Below, in pieces: positions 54,401-64,000 of a stretch of 64,000 bases of DNA. The DNA comes from Azolla caroliniana (taxonomy: Eukaryota > Plantae > Polypodiophyta), in assembly GCA_043228905.1 (NCBI GenBank), contig JBHGNT010000002.1, forward strand, positions 23,684,001 to 23,748,000. Direction: 5' to 3'. Positions within the stretch are counted from its first letter, which is position 1. Each line of letters starts with the position of its first letter. The notes beneath the pieces were generated by a model. The model was not told the DNA's origin, searched no databases, and was given only the letters and a program-made list of their open reading frames with translations. The translations under genes and the position numbers were made by a program.

Positions 54401-55912
54401 CCCGATCCGCTACCCTGTGTCGTTGGGTCCCGTTCCCTGCCACCACCATCCTTCTCCCTAGGTCTCATGTTGCCACGTTGGCCGAACTGCCGGGGTCCCC
54501 GGATCAATGTGAGGGTTCCATAGGACCGGTCTTCGTTTCATCGCTTGCCGAGATCCGGGTGTCTTTTGTTTGAGTCCCTCCCGGACTCTCCTCGTGGCTT
54601 CCGCGTAGTCGGGTCCCGTTTCCCGCCGCCACCAACCTTCTCTCTCGATCTCATGTTGCCACATTGGCCGAACTGCCGGAGTCTCTGGTTAAGTGTGGGG
54701 ATCCCGTAGGACCGGACTTCCTTACGCCCACTCACCTCGCCGGAAGGTTTGAGATGGTCCGTAGCCACCTTGCCGGCCTCATACCTCCTTGTCGTTCGTC
54801 GCCTCCTGTCGTCCGATCACGTTCTCCTGTTGCCACCGATCTCCCCTATAGGACTCACGCCGGCACTCGGGCCGACCGCTGGATCGGTGTGAGTGTCTTC
54901 GTGGGACCTCCCCTTCTGGCTTCGGTTGCCCGGCTTGTCGCCGCCACCGTCCCTTACTCTAGGTCTCACGCCTCCTCTTGTCGTTGGTTGCCGGAGTCTC
55001 TAGAATCGGTGTGTGTAAGGTCACGATTGCTCCGCTCTGCCTTCGCTAGTCTCTTCTGTTGGTCATGTTCACCTACCGCCACCGTCCTTTCCTATAGGAC
55101 TCACGCCGGCTCTCGGGCCGACCGCCGGATCGGTGTGAGGATCTCCGTAGACCGCCCATCCGTAGCCCTTGCCTTCGTCCCTTCGCCGCCACCGTTCGTC
55201 ACTTTAGGCCTCGCGCCGGCTCTCGGGTCGACCGCCGGTTTCTGTAGAACCGGTGTGAAGGATCCTCCTCGGGCTTGCCATATCTCTGACCCTTATCCCG
55301 AGTCTTCCTTCTTTCGTAAGTCGAGAGGGCGGCTCGCTCCACACCCTCTCCTGTGGTACCGACGTACCGTGTTCCCGGCCTCTTCGTAGGCCTGCTCTCT
55401 TCCTCCCTTCCGGAATGGTCATCCGGGAGTCCGCTCCGCCCGGTTCTCGTCCGGGTCCGTTCGTCCTTCTCCGGATTGCCGGGTCCCGTTCTCCTGTCGC
55501 CACCAGCCTTCTCCCTAGGTCTCACGTTGCCACGTTGGCCGAACTGCCGGGCCTCCGGACTGGTGTGGGGATCCTGTAGGACCAGTCTTCGTTCTCCTCT
55601 TCATCCCTTGTACTTCTCCCGAACTCGTTGTTTCTCTCCTTCTCGCGTACCCGCCTCCATCTCCCATCTCTCTAGGTCTCACGTCGGCGCTCGTTACCGG
55701 CTGCCTGAGTCTCCGGATAAGACGTGGTGCTTCCGTCCCGTAATGATTTGCGGACGCTCGTTCGGGGTACTGCTCCCAAGTATGTTCGGTGAGAAGCATC
55801 TGGTCTGTGATCAACCAAGCCCCGCCTGGGCTTGGTTCTCCAATATCCGTAGTTTCGGTTTTGATGCCGACCTCTCCGGACTCGTCCCGCACCCTCTTCC
55901 GTATCGGCACTT

Positions 55913-57032
55913 TCATGCCGAATCCGGCCCCGATCGAACGATCCATGACCGGATTCTGCTCCATCCAAATCGGAATGCCGATCTTCTCGTGCCGCTTCCG
56001 TCATCGGCCTCCTCGCAAGCCGTTTCCCATCCATCTTCGTTGGCATCATGCGAGGACTCCTCGCCGGCGCCTCCCTTCTCTCCGGTCCCATGTCGGCACA
56101 CGGGCACGATCGCCAGAGTCTCTGTAATCCGCGTGGAGGGCTCTTCTCCGCTCCCGACCTTGTCCTCAGTCGGCAATTCTCTGCAAGTCGAGAGGGCGTT
56201 TTGTTCCGCACCCTCTCCCGTGGTACCGTCGTACCGATCTTCCGCCATCTCGTGGGGCAAGACCGTCTCCTCGGTCTCAACTTGGGGCCTCGATCTTTCC
56301 TCTTCCTCGAGCATCGCCTTGAGAACTGCGTACGCCTCCACAATCCTGGCCCCAACGCCGACCCTTGCCAGCTCCCTTTGCCGTTCGGCCTCTTCCCGCT
56401 GTGATGGCACGCCGTCGCGCGTCTTCCACTTAGCCTTCTCGACTCGCTCATCGTCTAGCTGTTGGCACACCCTTCTGACCTTCGACCAGTCCTCCGTAAG
56501 CCCATTCGCTCCGTCATCGTCTTCGAGCTCCATCCCGATGGCCTCCCGTTCCGCTCGGTCGATCGACCTGACGAACAATAGGACCTTGTCCGTCCCCACC
56601 AAACCTTGTTCCCGCTCCGGGAGAGGAGCAAACCGTCGCTCGAACTCTCGGAACGCCTTCGTCGCGCCCCGGTAGGTCTTTACCGGTGCGACCCACTGGT
56701 CGAAGTCGTGTCGTCCCCGGTTGCAGGAGCGCCTCTTCAAAGGCCTCCCACGAACTATGAGCTTGTCGGAGCTCCTTTACTTCCGCGTGCATACAAACGG
56801 CGACAGCCCGACAGAAGAATTCCAGCCTCAACGCTTCGTCCACGTCTCGCTCCTCCATTTCCACGTTGTAGGCTTCCAAGTAAGATGGGACTTTGTCCCC
56901 GTTCAAACGGCCGACTCTTTCGACCACTCGCTCGACCGCTTGTTGCGCTGCTTCTCGCCTCATCACCACTCGTGCTGACTCCAACACCACTTCGGCCACC
57001 ATCGCCGCGAGGTCGTCGTCTTCCGACTCCAT
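55913..57032 (-). pseudogene. Frameshifted gag-like ORF of the 52748-57840 element
   Basis: ORF 57032-56514 (..GRLNGDKVPSYLEAY..SWEAFEEALL) shifts near 56720 into ORF 56740-55913 (..FREFERRF..KVLLFVRSI..LTEDWSKV). Together they give a retrotransposon capsid-like pattern. Confidence 0.75.
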
Positions 57033-57047
57033 CCTCCCTTGCCGCCT

Positions 57048-57065
57048 TTCACGTCGGGTTCACCA
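57048..57065 (-). promoter_or_regulatory. Primer-binding site complementary to the 3' 18 nt of cytosolic tRNA-Trp
   Basis: The plus strand reads ttcacgtcgggttcacca, the 3' end (with CCA) of plant tRNA-Trp(CCA) as recalled; it lies 4 nt from the LTR edge. Confidence 0.85.
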
Positions 57066-57844
57066 AAGATGTCGCGTTGTTACGCGCGTGCGTGGAGAAA
57101 GGCGGGACCACGGGGGTCTTGGACTAGGGAGTGACGGAGCGTAGAAAGTCGTACTTCACCGTTTCCGGGGCATCCCAGAAGCACACCGGAAGCAACCAAA
57201 TGGAGAGAGAGAATCGCGCTTGACACCGACTCACGCACACACACACACACACACACACAGGTCGACCCGACTCACGCCCTTATGTACATGAAACGCAGGA
57301 AAGGGGAAGCAACCGACACCAACGGAGACACGAATATACACAGACAGACGCAAACGTAAGTATTACAAGGGAAAGAATCCAATCCCGGCTTCGAGCCGGA
57401 CCATGGTAGGGTAGGTTACAACAGCAGTCTGCTGCCAAGCCGCCGCCCGGGGAGCTCTCGGGCTCGTCACGCGAAGCGGGGTCTTGCATAGGAGACCTAG
57501 CGGAGACAACCCTCAACGGTCGACCTCCCCGCCAAGAAGAAGAAGAAGAAGAAGAAGAAACCTAACTCTAAACCTAACGGTATACCCTCTAACGCGAAAT
57601 GGGCAACCCTTTCACAAAGGGCGCTCCCTTCCTTTTATAGAACAAGGAGAGGGATGCGTTACAATGTGGGATAAATCCCGACTTACATGGGATCGTTTGT
57701 CCTGACTTGACTACTCTTCGGCGCCATAAAGGCGCCCTCGTTATTCACACTAAATGTACAAGGGTGAGCACACATGCTGCACCCCGCCGATGTAGCCAAT
57801 GTTTCCCGGTTTCCGCCTCTGGACGAAATTCTTCACGACAACGT

Positions 57845-58868
57845 GGTTGTCGATCATTAGGACGTTGCACCAAAACTCGAGGATCTCCCCTTTAAACTTC
57901 ACTCGTGAACAAATCTTTTTCGATTATTCTTTTCTTCTTCATCATCATCTTCTTCTCCACAACATACTTGTTGTCTTAGAGTTTTAATTACTTCATGAAA
58001 TTTAGGGTTCTTAGATTATATTATATTTCTGAAAATTTACCACCAAATGTAGTTGTTTACCCCAAAAAAATTGTAGCCCCTATTTTATAAACGGAATTTC
58101 TTTCTTAATCTAGCGTTTCTCGACTAAATATTGTAAAATCCATTTGTGATCTCATGTCCTTTAGGCTAATTACTTGATTCTTTGCTCCATTAGACTCTAA
58201 GGAGCTTTTGAGTCTAAGGAGCCTTTGAGGCTCAAGAGCTTTTGGCTCTAAGGAACGTTCAACTTTGAAGAGCCCTCGAATCAAAGGAGCTTGCGACTCT
58301 GAGGGGCCTTTGATTCTACAGAGCCTTCAACTCCCAAGAGCTTTTGATTTTGAGGAACATTCGACTCTGGATTACATTCGATTCTAGTTAATCTTTGACT
58401 CTAACTACTTTCTTCAACTCTAGGTTACATTCAACTTTGATTAATCATCAACTCTAACTAATCTTTGACTCTGAGTAACCTTCAACTCTATATTTCATTC
58501 AACTTTAACTAATCTTCGACTTTGAGTTACCTTCGACTCCGCATAACCTTCGACTCTGACTTACCTTCAACTCCAAAGAACCTTCGACTCCGAGGAATGT
58601 TCAACTGTAACTTACCTTCGACTGTGTAGAGCCTTCGACCCGGATGAACTTTCGACTCCAAATAGGCTTCGAGTCTAACAATCTTTCGACTCTTAAGAGC
58701 ATTTGACTCTGATGATCTCTCTTGACTCTGAAGAGCCTTCGAGTCTAACGACCTTTCAACTCGGACGATCATTCGACTTTGATAGACCTTCAAGTCACCC
58801 ATCCTCTCTAATTCAAGTCCCTGGTGGTTCTGCTCAAGTAGCACACGTATGCGTGTAACTTTGTGACA
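57845..58868 (+). mobile_element. Older LTR of the same lineage that hosts the 52748-57840 insertion; contains a ~21-bp tandem array (58190-58800)
   Basis: Ends gtgaca followed by acgt. Family motif aattcaagtccctggtggttctgc near the end. cttcgactctga-type repeats resemble those in the 34303 LTR on the opposite strand. Its 5' part probably lies at ~52690-52743. Confidence 0.65.
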
Positions 58869-60960
58869 ACGTCATGCACACACACACACAAACATACATA
58901 CATACACACAAATACACGTAAAGCACAAGTCCATATAAATCATTCATTGCACACACTATTTTATGCACTTATATACATTCACTTACACAAGCATACACAC
59001 GAATGTGCTTGTGTGATCTCATGATACCAATAAATGCACACACGACATATGGATACATTTCCACATTCACACATACATAGGTAGGTCATCATACAAAGTC
59101 TTATACATTTTCATAACTTTGTCAATTATGTTTGTTCATAACTTGGCATACATATTCACCAACAAAACCACACTACCACTTGAAGAGGGTTGAAGAGGTA
59201 ACATTACATTTATTATCTTCCATAACTCCTCATTAAAAAAGTAGTCTCCCCTAGTTTAAGTCCCTAATGATCTTGATTAATTTCTAGACACATGCATGTA
59301 TTTTTGCTACAAAATGCCTCTTGGGCATGATCACTTAGTACATGATGTTGTGAAAAAAAACAGAAATAAATTGTAATTTTTATTTTTATTTTTAAAGAAA
59401 GATACACTTTAGTATATTACTTGAGAAATGTGCATATAGAAAACAGAAGAAAATTGTAAATTTATTGTATGTTGTACCAATTGAAATAGGCATGCATATA
59501 GCCATGAGAGCCCAATGCATCACTCAAAACTTAAAATGACACAATTTGAGCACTTGAATAGTGGTTCAAGAAAAAGGGAAGCAAAAGCCTCACAAAAGTA
59601 ATAAATCCTCCAACCAAGCAAAATTCCCAAATTTTCAATGGCAAATTACCTCTAAAAGAAAATGGAACATAGCCAGACACAATCCTACCACCCCACTTAG
59701 CAAATAATCCAAATACCCACACTAATTTGCCCAAATATAAAACCATGTTCATGTCATTCAAAAATAAGAGTATATGAATAGCCAAGGTAAGGAAAACCAA
59801 GCTACCATGACTTTTGTTGAAATAGGGCCCATGATTGGCCTTACCGAACCCCACAAAGTATAGACAATGAGGTGGAGATTGAAATGGACCTTGTAGGTTG
59901 CTAAGAAGAAACACCTAGGACCCTGGAAAGTTAAATGTGGCTTTGCTCCAAAACAACAACTTAAGGTGTCCTTGTCAGTAATGGAAGTACATAGGGTGGT
60001 CAAGCTCTCCACTATCTAGACCACATAACTTCAATCTATCTTTGCTAGACTAGTGAAGCTCACCATAGAAAAACTATTACAATGAGACCCTCAACCATTG
60101 CATGATGTACTCTAGCAAGTACATGGCAACCTACATGCAAGACCCATAGTGTTCCTAATGATTGGGAGAGCCTTGTAGGTAATCAAGGACAAGAGTCTAA
60201 TGTTGTTGGTTTTGTCACAAGGAATCACTAAGGACCCCTTTGCAGATGAAATGGTAGCAAAGCTTAATAATTATGTATATTATGTTAATGTTTTGGATAA
60301 ACACATGCTTTATCAATCATGTTATTTTGAATTTTGAATAATCTACATATCTTGGTTTTGTCAATTATGTTTGTTTATGTTTTATGAATAGTCATCATTG
60401 CTTCATGAAAATGTAAGAGATAGTGATGAAAACCCAAGAGAGAAGTGCATGGGATGAAATTATTCAACAAGATCCCATTCTCGCTCTAATGAATCTCCAA
60501 AGAGTGCTCGATCATGCTTGAGAATTGGATAAAAAAGTCTACAATCTTTGTATCAGACTAAGTTTCTTTGTTACGATACTTATTCTTATTGTTTTGATTC
60601 AAACAAAAACTAGCTCGTGTCAAAGAGGGTGAAGAAGTCAATATAGAATTTTTGGACCATTCATTTTGTAACATGAGAAGGGGAAGCAAGAAAGAATGAA
60701 GACAATATTAGGGGAAGCAATGAATTGGGAGATCACGATCCAAAATTCGATATCTTTGAATCTATGTGCAAAAATACAAAAAGGACATCCCTAGTGACAT
60801 TCGGTCATTGTGATCAAGTTTAGCATATGAAGACAAAGTGTCTACTTCAATTGTATTCACAAAGTTTAACATTTTATGTATGTTTATTAACATAAAATAT
60901 TACAAACTTGTGTGCATAGGATACAAGAAGATAAGAGGAACTATGAGCAAAGAAACGAGC

Positions 60961-62838
60961 GATGGTTGAGCGCCGAGTGGCACCTGAGTCAATGCACAGA
61001 GGGAGTTCTGGTGTATCTTCCCTCGACCGGCCTATCATCTCTCCTCATATTTTAGGTAAGGTCATCTCACTCTCCTTGTCAAATAATGCAAAAACCCTAG
61101 TGTTGACAGAAGTACAACAGCTGGAGGCGGTCTCATTGGTGGCACATATGGAAGGATTAAGGTGAATAGGCCTGAATTACACTGTATGTTGTATGTGATT
61201 TTTCCGGAAGAAATAAATAATGTGGTAGACATACAATTTATGGGCAAAGGATGTTATAATTTGGAGTTTTCCGATGATTCGTCCATTGCCCGTTTGTTGG
61301 AGATCAAACATACATCGTTGCAAGGTCCGTGGATATCTTTTAATAAGTGGAATCATAATGTGATTGCTGATGATATTCTGAAGAACAAAGAGACCCATAT
61401 GATTTTTACTGCCATTTTCCCAGGATTGAAGAAAGAATGGCGTCAAGTGTTAACCCAAATAGGCTCTCTTCTAGGCACAATAGTAGCTATTAAAAATGAG
61501 ACTTCACAAGATGATGAGTGTATACAAGGAGCACCTTCAGTGAGGATTTTGGCACCTAGGAATAGTGAATTACCATCTTTTGTTTTGTTGCCGAATCTAC
61601 AAGAACATAAGGAACCGTTATCCCAGAGGATTATGTATCAGGGTCTTCTGGATCAATGTTTTATATGCAAAAAATTTGGGCATTTAGGGAAGGATTGTCC
61701 ATGTAGACGCTATCGATCAGAGGAGGTCTTAAAATCAACTTCGAAGGTGGGCAGATCAGATTGGACACCAGTTACAACTAAACATTCTTTTAAATAGTTA
61801 GCTCTTCGGTAAATTCTATGTTTTTGTTGGATTGCAATCCGTATAATCCTTTGAATAGCGAGGAAGGTGGTGATATTTCATTGAAAAATAATTTAAGGGA
61901 GGTGAATAAAGTCACCGAAGTACAGAGTCCATCATCCTCGAAACAGGATCAAGAAGTCTTGTCGATAAAAGAATTTAATGATACAGTCTCCCTTACAAGC
62001 CACCATAAGTTAGAGGTTATGTCTATTGGGCAAGCCAAAGGTAATAAATTGGGAGATAAAGGAAAACATATCATTCATTCCTTGCCCCACCTGATGTCTC
62101 AGGACAAAGGACGAAAGATTGATTGTTCGGGTGTTGACATGAATTGTGAAAGCCCAATTTTTAAGGCAACCGTTGTTATGGAACCCTTTGTTTTAGGAAT
62201 TAGACCGCATTTATCATAGGGAAAAATGGACTCGGGACCAACTACCTTTGTGGCTTGCCTGGGAGCGGTTTCAAATGCTCTCGGAGGAGGATAAAATACA
62301 ATTCTTATCTTCCTTGTGTGGGGGTTGTTTGATGTCTGACCAAATTCAGTAGGCTTTTCGGTAGGGAGCAATATTTACATGGGGGGCTATTTTCTGGGGG
62401 TCTTTGAATGTGCAGGTATCTTTGTACGAGGCGGAGCAATGCGCGGAAGCATTAAGTATGTCAAAGAGTACAATTGAAGCAGTCCGTCCAAACATTGTTG
62501 GTGGTAAAAATTTTAGAAATTCTTTTGTTTGGAATATTGTTTCAGTTAATGCTTTATGGGTGTGGTGGAAGTGTTGTTGCAACAAGAAACATGAAGGCAT
62601 CGATTACAATGTGGTGGATATGATTAAGATGTTTTGGGACAACTTGGTGCACACAGTTAAGGGAGAGTATGATAGTATTAAAGGAACGTCGGAAAAGGTG
62701 CATAGGAAAAGGCGAAAACTTCGTAAAATATGGTGGCCAATACCTCTCTGGCTAGATGAATCACATGCAGATCGTTGGAATTATGCTCCACCATGTTGGC
62801 TATTCCCTCCTCCTAGTCCTTTCTTATTTCAAAGATAA
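60961..62838 (+). mobile_element. Internally deleted L1 LINE: ORF1 (DUF4283-like plus zinc knuckle) joined to the extreme C-terminus of ORF2
   Basis: ORF 61162-61797 ends in CFICKKFGHLGKDC after a DUF4283-like region. ORF 62404-62838 has the L1 ORF2 tail pattern WNIVSVNALWVWW...N. No EN or RT lies between them. Confidence 0.75.
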
Positions 62839-63049
62839 TTGTGTGGTATATAGTTTTTTCTTCTTACTCTTTTTAACTTACAGTTTGATAGGAAGGACAT
62901 AAAAGAGGCGAATGAGATAGGGGCGATCATGTGGAGTGACAAGGGTGAGATATTTAATACGGAAAATGAAGCATCTTCTAATTTTGGATAACGACGAGTG
63001 ATGAAGGTGTTGAGGGTTGTAACAAGATTTCATGAGCAAACAACGAGAG

Positions 63050-63890
63050 TAGTGTCACTTTGTTTTTGTAGGTACACGATTTTCGTGGTAAATCAGCGTG
63101 AGTGAGATGGTTGATGTTGATTTATGAAGCACAATTCTTTTTTTTTATAAGGATGAGAGATGGTGGTGTAGGGGGCTAAAGCATAGTCACTTGAGGAGAC
63201 TAGACTCATTAATTGTTTGTATGTACAGGATTTTGGCGATAATCGGCGAGATGTTTGATGTGGACTTGATGAAGAAGAATGAATGTTTTTGATAAGGATG
63301 AGTGATGTGGGTGTGGGGGGCGAAGCATATTCTCATGAGGAGATGAGGAAACAAGACTTATTGTATTGTTGTATGTGCAAGATTTTGGTGGTATTCCGCG
63401 AGATGATTGATGTGGACTTAATGAAGCAATTTTTATGGTTTCAATAAGAATGAGTGATGATGGTGTGAAAGCCGAAGTATATTCTCACGAGAAGATGAGG
63501 AATTTAAACTCATTTTATTGTCTATGTGTAGGAATTTGGTGGTAATTGGCAAGATGGTTGATGTGGACTTCACAAAGCAATTTGTATGTTTTTTATAAGG
63601 ATGAGTGATGATGGTGTGGGGGCCGAAGCATAAGCTCATGAGAGGAGAAAATTGACTTAATGTGGTTTTGTATGATAGAAAGTTGGTGGTAACCGGCGAG
63701 ATGGTGGATGTGGAAAGAGGAAGCATATTTATTAAGTTGACAGTATAATGTATTGGATCACCTTCAAATCTGTGATGTACAGGAAGTTGGTGGTAACCGA
63801 CGAGATGGTTGATGTGGAAAGAGGAAGCATATTTGTTGAGTTGACAATATAATGTATTGGATCACCTTCAAATCTGTGATATACAGGCAT
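63050..63890. repeat. Degenerate ~155-bp tandem repeats followed by a 104-bp direct duplication
   Basis: gatgagtgatg..ggtgtgggggccgaagcata-like units at ~63152, 63297, 63449 and 63600; ggtggtaacc...gatcaccttcaaatctgtgat at 63685 and 63789. Confidence 0.75.
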
Positions 63891-64000
63891 GGAATACATT
63901 GTTATCTACCTTGAAAGTTTCTAGTAGCATTGGGGGTTTTTTGGATAAAGATTATGTTGAACATGAGCAGGTTGAAGAAGAATTGAAAGGTTGATAACTA

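Larger units (their letters stand above)
52748..57840 (-). mobile_element. Young, GC-rich, non-autonomous gag-only LTR retrotransposon (probably Ty3/gypsy non-chromovirus) with a tRNA-Trp PBS
   Basis: 5' LTR 57840-57070 (771 bp, tgtcgcg...cacgaca) and a truncated 3' LTR 53239-52748; roughly 15 substitutions over ~480 shared bp by eye. Perfect 4-bp TSD acgt (52744-52747 / 57841-57844). PBS at 57048-57065. gag-like ORF from 57032; no RT, RH or IN motifs seen. Confidence 0.92.

Noticed and set aside
55353-56675. 440-aa plus-strand ORF (also 53589-54365 and 54664-55389)
   Set aside because: Antisense to gag in very GC-rich, stop-poor DNA; Ser/Pro/Arg-rich with no recognisable domain. Most likely shadow ORFs.
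57048-57065. tRNA-Trp gene fragment
   Set aside because: Only the 3' 18 nt including CCA, adjacent to an LTR. This is a primer-binding site, not a gene.
52748-57840. Horizontal transfer or bacterial contamination suggested by the abrupt GC jump
   Set aside because: The GC-rich block is bounded exactly by LTR termini and a TSD, and has decayed relatives elsewhere in the window.
58190-58800. Short regularly spaced repeats resembling a CRISPR array
   Set aside because: Contiguous degenerate ~21-bp units without unique spacers, in a eukaryotic LTR context with no cas genes.

Overview
Land-plant nuclear genomic DNA: AT-rich, with GT-AG introns, (AG)n microsatellites and many transposons; the species cannot be named from sequence alone. 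Two intact, divergently oriented genes were reconstructed by hand from splice sites. One is a 16-exon UFD2/UBE4 U-box E4 ubiquitin ligase (minus strand, 10185->3048, ~1042 aa). The other is a 7-exon plastid SET-domain LSMT-like lysine methyltransferase (plus strand, 20578->25035, ~506 aa). The rest is mostly transposon-derived: a full-length but dead Ty1/copia element with LTRs, PBS, PPT and 5-bp TSD; a TIR-bounded pogo/Tigger-like element; a non-L1 LINE; L1 and Ty3/gypsy remnants; and tandem repeats. The most striking signal is one LTR-retrotransposon lineage present as about six LTR-bearing insertions (11052-12343, 33583-, 34303-36290, 48242-48957, 52748-57840, -58868). The youngest copy has a tRNA-Trp primer site, the two copies that keep internal sequence show gag but no pol, and the 4-bp target sites are repeatedly centred on CpG. 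Two solo LTRs carry an antisense tRNA-like (Pol III A/B box) cassette in U3. All calls come from reading the sequence; no database search was run.
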